Translations under genes and position numbers: made by a program | Part shown: positions 1 to 8,525 of the stretch, piece by piece | Position numbering within the stretch: the first letter of the stretch is position 1 | Layout of the letters: each line of letters begins with the position of its first letter | Notes under the pieces: generated by a model | Databases searched by the model: none | The model's input: only the letters and a program-made list of their open reading frames with translations | Told to the model about the DNA's origin: nothing | Origin: an uncultured Haliea sp. | GTDB taxonomy: Bacteria; Pseudomonadota; Gammaproteobacteria; Pseudomonadales; Halieaceae | DNA: 64,000 nucleotides | Assembly: GCA_963977275.1 (NCBI GenBank) | Contig: CAXBNX010000010.1 | Location: forward strand, 58,962-122,961 | Direction of reading: 5' to 3'

Positions 1-363
1 CATCTGAAAATATTTTGCGGCGGACATTGGGGTACGGACTTTCTTGTCAACCTCGTGCGGGATAACCAAATTGTGAGCCTGGAAGAAGCACATCACAAAA
101 TGAGTGGTTTGCCAATGAGTGTTTTTGGAATCAAGGATCGGGGCACCATCCAGGAAGGTATGGCAGCAGATCTTTTGGTATACGACCTGGGTCGGCTCTA
201 TTCTGATACATCGTCATACAAGCACGCGTTCGATTTGCCCGATGGAGATTGGCGCAAACAAGCGAAAGCTGGTGGCTATGACCTGATCCTGGTTAACGGG
301 CAAGTCACGTTCCGCAGTGGCCAGCACACAGGGACATCTCCTGGTGTTGTTGTTTCGCAATAA
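1..363 (+). CDS. Amidohydrolase-family protein (N-acyl-D-amino-acid deacylase-like), C-terminal fragment; 5' end lies outside the window
   Basis: Frame 1 is open from nt 1 to the stop at 361-363. The tail GIKDRGTIQEGMAADLLVYDL...LILVNGQVTF is typical of D-aminoacylase-type amidohydrolases. Confidence 0.6.
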   Translation, partial: HLKIFCGGHWGTDFLVNLVRDNQIVSLEEAHHKMSGLPMSVFGIKDRGTIQEGMAADLLVYDLGRLYSDTSSYKHAFDLPDGDWRKQAKAGGYDLILVNGQVTFRSGQHTGTSPGVVVSQ

Positions 364-389
364 CATCATAAGATGGAGTGGGAAAGATA

Positions 390-1190
390 ATGGAAATCAA
401 CGACAAAGTAACCATCATCACTGGCGCTGGCTCCGGAATAGGTCGCGCTCTGGCGCAGAGGTTCGCGGCCAACGGAGCCCGCGTCGTTATCTGTGTGGAT
501 CTCAGCGGTGACGACGCCGCAGAAACTGCAAAATCAATTGGTTCTCAAGCATATTCAGAGCAACTTGATGTTGCCGATGAACCTGCACTTGAGCGTTTGG
601 TTGCACAGATAGAGAAAATCCACGGCGGCATTGATGTGTTTGTGTCAAATGCCGGATATGGGCGACCGGGTGGACTCGAATTGCCGACCGCAGAATGGCA
701 GCAAATGATGAGTGTGCACACATGGTCGCATCTGGCAGCGGCGCGAGCAGTGATTCCAGGTATGGTCTCACGTGGCAGTGGCTACTTGCTGAGCACCGCC
801 TCGGCCGCGGGTCTCTTGTCGGTATTTGACTCGGGAGCCTACGCGGTGTCAAAACACGCCGCGGTGGCCTTGGCTGAGTGGCTTGCGATTAATTATGTAG
901 ATCAAGGTATAGGCGTTTCGGTTCTATGCCCACAAGCGGTCCGTACTAATGTACTAAAGTACATGAAAGATCCCAATTTCAAGGTGGATATTGCTCAGTC
1001 TGGCGGTGATGGCATTCTGGAGCCCGAGGTTGTGGCTGATCTGTGTATCGAGGCTATGGCCGATGGGCGCTTCCTCGTGCTTCCACACCCAGAAGTGGAA
1101 ACGTATTTTCAGCGTAAAGCCAATAACTATGATCGTTGGTTATCAGGTATGCGGCGCGTGCGGCTCAGACACCAGAGTGAAGCAGTGTAA
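390..1190 (+). CDS. Short-chain dehydrogenase/reductase (SDR)
   Basis: Has the cofactor motif TGAGSGIGRALA and the catalytic YAVSKHA (YxxxK) motif. I prefer ATG 390 over the track's GTG 378. Confidence 0.85.
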   Translation: MEINDKVTIITGAGSGIGRALAQRFAANGARVVICVDLSGDDAAETAKSIGSQAYSEQLDVADEPALERLVAQIEKIHGGIDVFVSNAGYGRPGGLELPTAEWQQMMSVHTWSHLAAARAVIPGMVSRGSGYLLSTASAAGLLSVFDSGAYAVSKHAAVALAEWLAINYVDQGIGVSVLCPQAVRTNVLKYMKDPNFKVDIAQSGGDGILEPEVVADLCIEAMADGRFLVLPHPEVETYFQRKANNYDRWLSGMRRVRLRHQSEAV

Positions 1191-1551
1191 ATCAGTCGTC
1201 AAGGCTGGTAGTGGAGATCTGAAGCCAGCTCCGATAAACGTATTGAGGCGGTACTCATCCCATACGCGAAAAGTACGAACGCGATGGCGTTGAGTAAGTT
1301 GCCCCTGAGTGCTCCCCCTGTCGGTTCAGCATCTTTGCTTATGCGAATCAGCGACCGTGTCAAAGTCATTTCCTGTTTCAAAAATATGCAGTACAGTATG
1401 TAAGCTCTGGTGAGTTCGTGGTTCAGCGGATGACAGAATTTGACGTTGAACGAGCCAAGAGCAATATGTATGTCAGTTGTAGTAAATGACATTTCCGGGC
1501 CCGGCCAAAGGGGTGCCAGGAGCGGACGCTACACGGAGCTTGGGGAAGGTA

Positions 1552-2577
1552 ATGATTGCGGAAACCAACAACCCGATTGCACAGATATCAATGCAAGATC
1601 TGCGGGCGCTCATGGAGAAGTCCAGTTACGGCGTAGACCATTTTCCAGATTTGCTTGAGCGTTCGGGCGCGCCCTCTTCATCTTTTTCGGTAAGCGACGA
1701 CTATGTCGACTCAGGCATGGTCTGGACTGTATTGTCTTCCGTTGGTCATCAGGTAGGCGATGAGTTTCTTGGCCTGAGTACTCGTCCGGTGGCCCCCGGT
1801 AGCACTCAACTGATGGTCGCCCGCGCGATGCAGGAGCCTACTTTAGGCGAGGCGATGAGTGCCTTTGCTGGTGCAGCTAACATTCTTTGGCCGGATGTGC
1901 ATTCGGAATTGAAGTTTCGTCTCGATGAAATGCATTACTGTATGACATTTAAGAACGGTTCGCTGGATGCCCGCCAGATTTTTCTGGAATTGGCTTGCAT
2001 CCCATTCTATTGCACTTTCCAATGGTTAGCCGATACGAAATTTCCGGTCATCCGATTTCGAACTGCCAATTGCCGGCCATCCGGGGTGATACATCATTTG
2101 GCGGCACCAGATTGTTCAGTGCAGTTCGAGGGAGAAGGCGTGGATATTGTTTTGTCCAAGAGCGTCGCAAAGCTCCCAACAACGAACAGAAGCCTTGCCG
2201 ACTGGCGCTCTGAGATATATCAGATATTTTTGAATATTCTTGAGAAACGCAAGAGCGGTTTCTCGACACCGCGTCTGCAAACGTATGTCGTAAATGCTCT
2301 GCGCTCTGGTATGACGAGCCAGGACATGATTGCGGTTTCTGCAGGGATAAGTGTGGCGACCTTGCGCCGCACTCTGGCCTTGGAGAGAACCTCCTTCCGC
2401 GAGCTCAGAGACCATGTATTCCGCGAGTCCGTCAGTACGCTAATTGCCTCTGGTGAACCGATAGAGATGATTGCAGAGAAAATGAAGTACGCCGACGCTC
2501 GTAGTTTTCGGCGGGCTTTTCAGCGCGTTTTTGGCGTAAATCCATCTGCCTTCAGAAAGGATTTCCTCTCTACCTGA
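1552..2577 (+). CDS. AraC-family transcriptional regulator
   Basis: The C-terminal AraC HTH is present (ADARSFRRAFQRVFGVNPSAFRK). The start is uncertain: ATG 1552 has a GGGGAAGG upstream, versus the track start at 1486. Confidence 0.8.
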   Translation: MIAETNNPIAQISMQDLRALMEKSSYGVDHFPDLLERSGAPSSSFSVSDDYVDSGMVWTVLSSVGHQVGDEFLGLSTRPVAPGSTQLMVARAMQEPTLGEAMSAFAGAANILWPDVHSELKFRLDEMHYCMTFKNGSLDARQIFLELACIPFYCTFQWLADTKFPVIRFRTANCRPSGVIHHLAAPDCSVQFEGEGVDIVLSKSVAKLPTTNRSLADWRSEIYQIFLNILEKRKSGFSTPRLQTYVVNALRSGMTSQDMIAVSAGISVATLRRTLALERTSFRELRDHVFRESVSTLIASGEPIEMIAEKMKYADARSFRRAFQRVFGVNPSAFRKDFLST

Positions 2578-2872
2578 GCGAATTTGTCCCGTATAAACTG
2601 CGGGGAAATGCCCTTGTTGACTCTTTCTCTGGCTCGTACTCTGAGCCAACACTGAGAGGAGAGCAACCAGCAGCCACACGCCTTTCTCAATCTACCCTGT
2701 AAGCTGAATGCTGGTTTGATAAGAAACAGCATGGCGATTCAAAAATATCCTATGAGCGGATCAGTTTTTGGAACGCTGCGTCGCCGCAGGGAACTGCTTT
2801 TGTGAGCTGTCAGGTGAGCCGCCGACCTGAATACATAGACTAATGATTCGCGTTCATAGTTAAGGGAAAATC

Positions 2873-4666
2873 ATGCGAAAGCCAGTAAATTCACAATCCT
2901 ATTACGATGAGATAAAGCGAAAATTTGGCGAAGAGCGCGATATACGTCTCTCGCAACGGCCCCAGGGCAGGGCGCAATTTTTGTCAGATTTTGACGGTGA
3001 TCTCGAGAAGTACGTAATAGATCCATTTTCTGATGAGGTGAAATCGCGCGACCCGATAACGGACAGTGTTGAAGTACTGTTCATAGGCGGCGGGTTCTCC
3101 GCCCTGTTAACTTCAGCCCGTTTGCGTGAAAAAGGGGTCGAAAGTATCCGGATAGTCGAACGAGGGTCAGACGTCGGGGGTACCTGGTATTGGAATCGAT
3201 ACCCCGGAGTAGCTTGTGACGTTGTCTCTTACGACTACCTGCCACTTCTGGATGAAATGGATTACGTGCCGGTCAATCAATACTCTCGCGGTCAGGAAAT
3301 TTTCAGCCATTGCCAGGCCATTGCAAAGAAGTACGACCTCTACGATATAGCTGTTTTCAACACAACCGTTACAGCAACGGTTTGGAACGAAGAAGAAAGA
3401 ATGTGGAATATACATACGGATCGAGGTGATCACATGCGCGCACAGTTCGTTATCTGCGCAAACGGCACCCTGTCTCAACCCAAGCTATCCAAGATTTCCG
3501 GTATGGAAACATTCTCAGGCCATTCTTTCCATACTTCCCGTTGGGACTATAACTATACCGGAAAAAATCTGGAGAAATTGCACGACAAATCCATAGGAAT
3601 AGTTGGGACAGGAGCCAGTGCCGTGCAGGTGGTGCCAGAATTAGCCAAGGCTGCGAAAGAATTGTTTGTGTATCAGCGCACCCCGTCATCTATCGATATT
3701 CGTGAAGACGGGCCTACTGACCCAAACTGGGCTCGTTCTCTCGGCCCGGGGTGGCAGGCCAGCCGGCGCGAAGAAGCGATCGCCTTGTCAGAACTACCGT
3801 TGGTGCAGCGAATGACCGTGGACCAAACTGCTCCGTATGCTGAGGCGATCAATGACGAGCAATGGGAAAAGCAGCAAGCAAGAATGCAATCGTTGTCTCG
3901 AGAAGACAAAATCCAGGCACAGGAACAAGCCAATATCGACTATATGATGGGAATACATCAGCGCATAGACGATATTGTTAAAGACAAGACTACAGCAGAA
4001 TCGCTTAAACCCTGGTATATGTTTATGTGCAAGCGGCCTTGCTTCCACAACGACTATTTGCCTACGTTTAATCTTCCCAACGTCCATTTAGTCGATACAC
4101 ATGGCGAGGGTATTACGCAGATAAATCCAGACGGGCCATGTTTTGGCGGTGTGAATTACAAGCTTGATTTACTTATTTACGCTACAGGCTTCGAAGTTCA
4201 GAAGACCGGCACTTATAACCGGATTGTAGGTAAAGAGGGTGTAGACCTAAACGATAAGTACGCAGACGGAATTCGCACCCTGTTCGGCATACACACTCAT
4301 GGCTACCCCAATCTATTCATCATGGGGGGGTACCAAGCAAGCTATCAATTCAATCTGACAGAGATGTTACAGACTCAGGGAGACCATATAGCGGAATGCA
4401 TCAACTACATGCGAGAGAATAACTTTCGAACTATCGATCCTACGGAGGTGGCTGAAGAGAATTGGGTGCAAGAGGTTATAAAATCTCGAGGAAAGACAAG
4501 CTGGAATCAGGATTGTACTCCCGGGTATTACAATTTCGAGGGCGAATCCAACCGCCGCCAAGACGGTAACTACAACGGTACTTTTCGAAGCTATGTGCGG
4601 CATATGCAAGCAGCAAGGGACGCGATGTCAGAAAAGTTTGCGTTTACAGTCATGGATAGAGTTTAA
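2873..4666 (+). CDS. Type I Baeyer-Villiger monooxygenase (flavin/NADPH-dependent)
   Basis: Motifs present: GGGFSALL Rossmann, GGTWYWNRYPGVACD, canonical BVMO fingerprint FSGHSFHTSRWD, and a second Rossmann GTGASAVQ. An AAGGGA RBS precedes the start. Confidence 0.9.
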   Translation: MRKPVNSQSYYDEIKRKFGEERDIRLSQRPQGRAQFLSDFDGDLEKYVIDPFSDEVKSRDPITDSVEVLFIGGGFSALLTSARLREKGVESIRIVERGSDVGGTWYWNRYPGVACDVVSYDYLPLLDEMDYVPVNQYSRGQEIFSHCQAIAKKYDLYDIAVFNTTVTATVWNEEERMWNIHTDRGDHMRAQFVICANGTLSQPKLSKISGMETFSGHSFHTSRWDYNYTGKNLEKLHDKSIGIVGTGASAVQVVPELAKAAKELFVYQRTPSSIDIREDGPTDPNWARSLGPGWQASRREEAIALSELPLVQRMTVDQTAPYAEAINDEQWEKQQARMQSLSREDKIQAQEQANIDYMMGIHQRIDDIVKDKTTAESLKPWYMFMCKRPCFHNDYLPTFNLPNVHLVDTHGEGITQINPDGPCFGGVNYKLDLLIYATGFEVQKTGTYNRIVGKEGVDLNDKYADGIRTLFGIHTHGYPNLFIMGGYQASYQFNLTEMLQTQGDHIAECINYMRENNFRTIDPTEVAEENWVQEVIKSRGKTSWNQDCTPGYYNFEGESNRRQDGNYNGTFRSYVRHMQAARDAMSEKFAFTVMDRV

Positions 4667-4698
4667 AGAAATGCCGAAACAGCTAGAGAGAAAAGACA

Positions 4699-6237
4699 GT
4701 GCACCCAGGTAAAGTGGCTGAGCTAACACCGGACAAACCCGCGTATATCATGGCGGCTAGCCGTGAAGTCGTCACTTTCGGAGAGTTGGAGGCGCGTGCG
4801 AATCAAGGCGCACATCTCTTTAGAAGCCTCGGGCTACAGCGCGGTGACCACATCGCGATAATGCTGGAGAATCACCCTGGATTCTTGCAAATATGTTGGG
4901 CGGCGCAGCGAGCGGGTCTGTATTACACACCTGTGAGCTGGCGGCTTCAGAATGAAGAAGTCGCCTACATCGTCAACAATTGCGAAGCGCGAGTCTTCAT
5001 TACTTCATCAGCTGTAAAGGAAGTTGTTCGACCGTTATTGAAAATAACGCCCAAGGTTAGCAATTATTTAATGCTAGGCGATGTCATGGATGGGTTTATG
5101 AGTTTCGAACACGCGGTGGCACAAATGCCCGAAGTTCCTATTGCTGATCAGTGCGAGGGAGCCCTGATGCCTTATTCGTCGGGAACCACGGGTTTTCCGA
5201 AGGGTATCAAGCGACCCCTGTCAGATAGGGCTTATGGCGAGGATGAACAGTTCGCAGTAATGACAGCCCTGTATGGGGCGACTCCAGAGTCCATCTTTCT
5301 GTCCCCGGCGCCTTTGTATCACTCAGCGCCACTTGGCTTTTCAATGACCTCTCTTCGTCATGGAATCACTGTGGTGATTATGGAAAACTTCGAGGCGGAG
5401 TTTGCGCTAGAGTGTATTGAACGTTTTCGTATAACCCACAGTCAGTGGGTTCCGACGATGTTTGTGCGCATGCTGAAGCTTTCGGAAGAAGTACGCGAGC
5501 GATACGATATGAGCTCCCTGCGATGCGTTGTTCACGGCGCGGCCCCATGCCCGATTCCGATCAAGGAGCGGATGATTGATTGGTGGGGTGAGATTATCTA
5601 TGAGTATTACGCTGGAAGTGAAGCCAACGGTTTCGTCCAGCTTAATAGCGCAGAATGGCTACGCCACAAAGGTTCTGTGGGACGCCCGCTCGGTTGCGAA
5701 ATACGTATCTGTGATGACGCGGGTAACGAGCTTCCCACTGGTAAGCGCGGCATAGTCTATTTCGGGGGCGGCAGCGAGTTCGAGTACCACAATGACAAGA
5801 AAAAGACTATCAAGGCGAGGCATCCGCGTGGCTGGAGCACACTTGGCGATGTAGGCTACGTTGATGAAGAGGGATACTTATACCTCACTGACCGCAAAGA
5901 TTTCATGATCATATCCGGCGGTGTAAATATTTATCCGCAGGAAGCAGAGAACGTGCTGATTATGCATGACAAAGTTATGGACGTGGCCGTATTCGGAATA
6001 CCCAATGCGGAATACGGCGAAGAGGTTAAGGCGGCTGTACAGTTAAAAGACGTGCACCTGGCCGGCTTACCCATGGAGGCAGAGCTACTCGAATTCTGCC
6101 GGCAACGCCTTTCGGCGATCAAATGTCCACGCACAATAGATTTCCACCAGGAACTACCGCGCCATCCAACGGGAAAGCTATACAAACGGCTGCTAAAAGA
6201 CGAGTACTGGCAGATTAGTGACATACAAAAACTATAA
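4699..6237 (+). CDS. AMP-dependent acyl-CoA synthetase/ligase
   Basis: Carries the AMP-binding signature YSSGTTGFPKGI. Length is 512 aa with a GTG start. Confidence 0.9.
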   Translation: MHPGKVAELTPDKPAYIMAASREVVTFGELEARANQGAHLFRSLGLQRGDHIAIMLENHPGFLQICWAAQRAGLYYTPVSWRLQNEEVAYIVNNCEARVFITSSAVKEVVRPLLKITPKVSNYLMLGDVMDGFMSFEHAVAQMPEVPIADQCEGALMPYSSGTTGFPKGIKRPLSDRAYGEDEQFAVMTALYGATPESIFLSPAPLYHSAPLGFSMTSLRHGITVVIMENFEAEFALECIERFRITHSQWVPTMFVRMLKLSEEVRERYDMSSLRCVVHGAAPCPIPIKERMIDWWGEIIYEYYAGSEANGFVQLNSAEWLRHKGSVGRPLGCEIRICDDAGNELPTGKRGIVYFGGGSEFEYHNDKKKTIKARHPRGWSTLGDVGYVDEEGYLYLTDRKDFMIISGGVNIYPQEAENVLIMHDKVMDVAVFGIPNAEYGEEVKAAVQLKDVHLAGLPMEAELLEFCRQRLSAIKCPRTIDFHQELPRHPTGKLYKRLLKDEYWQISDIQKL

Positions 6238-6251
6238 TCAGGAGGCAGTAG

Positions 6252-7400
6252 GTGCCGGTTTGTACTGCAACACTATTGGAACTCGGGTTGGATGCAGAAA
6301 AAGTCCATGCACTTTTGAGCCGGGTGCAGCACGATGTAGAGGAGGGTTTTATTCCTGCGGCGCAAGTAGCTTTGGCGCGCAATGGCAAACTTGCTGTTTC
6401 ACAAAGCTACGGTACCGCGAAAAATAATTCTCTTACCTGTCTTTTTTCTGCCACCAAGGGCGTAGTTTATGCGGCTGCGTGGCTGTTATTTCAGGAAAAG
6501 AAACTCGCCGAGGATGAAGTTGTTGCCGATATTATTCCGGAGTTCGGTCACCAGGGTAAGGGGCATATTACGGTACAGCAATTGTTTACTCACACTTCTG
6601 GTTTTCCACATGCGCCATTTGCGCCGCTACAATGGAACTCAAAAAAAGAGACACTGGCGCGCTTTGCACAATGGCGCTTGAATTGGGAGCCAGGTACCAG
6701 ATATGAATACCATCCCACATCGTCGATGTGGGTAATAGCGGAGATTATAGAGCGCCGTAGCGAGCTTACTTACACCGAATATGTTCGCAAACGAGTGCTT
6801 GAACCGCTGGGTCTCGATTCTATCTTTGTGGGTTTGCCTGATGATGAGAACTACCGAGTGCTACCGGTAGAACACTACGGCAAGGCCGGTGCACCCAAGG
6901 ACTACGTTATGTCGCGTATGCCCATTCCTATGGCAAGTGAAATTAATGAAAAAATATTGCTCGCATTCAATCGCCCGGAGGTGCGCAGAGTGGGTGTCCC
7001 AGGTGCGGGAGGTTTTGCCAACGCATCAGACCTCGCATTGTTTTATCAGGCGCTGCTACTGGGAGGCCTTGATGGGGTGGAAGTATGGAGCTTGGAAACC
7101 CGTATGAACGCGCGGGAGATTCGCACCGGAAAACTCACTGATATGTTATCCAGGCAATCGGCCAATCGAGATCTTGGCATCATGCTTTGTGGTGACAAAG
7201 GCAGAGGGATCCGAGGGTTCGGTGATACAAATTCGGCACAATCGTTTGGCCACAATGGGGCTGGTGGTCAGTTGGCCTGGGCAGATCCGGAGACAGGCAT
7301 CTCGCTTGCTTATTTAACGCCCGGCCATGACCGCAATTACCTGAACCAGATCAGACGTGGTGTGGACATAAGTGGCCTTGCTGCACAGTGCGCGCTTTAA
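6252..7400 (+). CDS. Serine hydrolase of the beta-lactamase/esterase (EstB-like) family
   Basis: Has the S-x-x-K motif SATKG. An AGGAGG RBS sits 6 nt before the GTG at 6252. Confidence 0.8.
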   Translation: MPVCTATLLELGLDAEKVHALLSRVQHDVEEGFIPAAQVALARNGKLAVSQSYGTAKNNSLTCLFSATKGVVYAAAWLLFQEKKLAEDEVVADIIPEFGHQGKGHITVQQLFTHTSGFPHAPFAPLQWNSKKETLARFAQWRLNWEPGTRYEYHPTSSMWVIAEIIERRSELTYTEYVRKRVLEPLGLDSIFVGLPDDENYRVLPVEHYGKAGAPKDYVMSRMPIPMASEINEKILLAFNRPEVRRVGVPGAGGFANASDLALFYQALLLGGLDGVEVWSLETRMNAREIRTGKLTDMLSRQSANRDLGIMLCGDKGRGIRGFGDTNSAQSFGHNGAGGQLAWADPETGISLAYLTPGHDRNYLNQIRRGVDISGLAAQCAL

Positions 7401-7454
7401 TCGCCCACCCGCGTCCCATCAAGCAGAACTGTTCATCCACTACAAGGAATTACC

Positions 7455-8462
7455 ATGAGCATTGAACTGAAAAGCGAGCATTGGCTGGCTTCAGTACAGG
7501 AAGAAATTATTGATCCTGACCGCCGCATTATCGATACGCACCACCACTTGTGGCGTACTGGAATAGTGTATCAGGTAGAGGATCTTTGGCGAGATACGGG
7601 GTCAGGTCACAACATTGAGAAAACAGTGTTCGTAGACTGTGGTGCCGAGTATCGAACGGATGGTCCCGAGCACTTAAAATGTCTCGGCGAGACCGAATAT
7701 GTGGTCGAACAAGCCGCGCTCTCGGAGGAAGGTACAAAAGGCGAAGCCGTAATCGCCGCAATAGTTTCGAGGGCAGATCTCACATTGGGCAGCGCTGTGG
7801 GTGAGGTGCTGGACCAGCACATCGAATTGGGCAAAGGACGGTTCCGCGGTATTCGGTTGGCTGCCGCGCGCGACCCGAGTCCGGAGGCGCTGCTGCTCCC
7901 GGCCCAGGCACCAGAGGGGTTATATAGCTTGCCTGCATTCCGCAGGGGCATGAAGGAACTGAGCAATCGCGGTCTGAGTTTTGATGCATGGCACTATCAT
8001 CATCAGAATCAGGAGTTTCTGACGCTGGCGCGGGCAGTACCCTCTACCCAGATTATTCTGGATCATTTTGGTTCACCGCTGGGTGTGGGTGCTTACGCAA
8101 CAAAACGTGAAGAGATCTTTCAACAGTGGAAGCTCGATATCGAGGAGATTTCTCGATGTGATAATGTCGTTGCGAAACTTGGTGGTCTCTCCATGCCCGA
8201 CAATGGCTTTGGGTGGGACAAGCGGGGCACGGCGCCGAGCTCAGACGAATTTGTCAAAGCGCAAGGTCGCTATTTTGACCATGTCATCGAATGTTTCGGG
8301 CCCGATCGGTGTATGTTTGCGAGTAATTTCCCCGTTGACAAGCTATCCATTTCACATCACGTACTCTACAACGGCTTCAAGAAAATTGCGGCTGGATTTT
8401 CGGACGACGAAAAAGATGCCATGTTCTATGGCACAGCGGCGCGTATTTACGGGATTGATTGA
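7455..8462 (+). CDS. Amidohydrolase_2 (TIM-barrel metal-dependent hydrolase, lactonase/decarboxylase family)
   Basis: Has an N-terminal HxH metal motif (DTHHHLW). The 335-aa length is typical of the family. Confidence 0.75.
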   Translation: MSIELKSEHWLASVQEEIIDPDRRIIDTHHHLWRTGIVYQVEDLWRDTGSGHNIEKTVFVDCGAEYRTDGPEHLKCLGETEYVVEQAALSEEGTKGEAVIAAIVSRADLTLGSAVGEVLDQHIELGKGRFRGIRLAAARDPSPEALLLPAQAPEGLYSLPAFRRGMKELSNRGLSFDAWHYHHQNQEFLTLARAVPSTQIILDHFGSPLGVGAYATKREEIFQQWKLDIEEISRCDNVVAKLGGLSMPDNGFGWDKRGTAPSSDEFVKAQGRYFDHVIECFGPDRCMFASNFPVDKLSISHHVLYNGFKKIAAGFSDDEKDAMFYGTAARIYGID

Positions 8463-8478
8463 TTCGGGGTGTCGGGTT

Positions 8479-8508
8479 GATGTTAGCGCCCTTTAAGGCG
8501 CTAACATC
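8479..8508. terminator. Bidirectional intrinsic-terminator-like hairpin between convergent genes
   Basis: Perfect 12-bp stem GATGTTAGCGCC / GGCGCTAACATC with the loop CTTTAA. Confidence 0.6.
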
Positions 8509-8525
8509 GCTTCGATAAGCGCCTG

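Noticed and set aside
3689-3699. Extra copies of the TATCGATA core inside coding regions: 3689-3699 and 30327-30337 (both AATATCGATAG), plus 7530-7537, 19982-19989 and 50044-50051.
   Set aside because: They lie within well-supported CDSs and encode I-D-type dipeptides. They lack the extended AATATCGATAAA identity of the intergenic boxes. I treat them as background, and they do weaken the statistical argument for the box.
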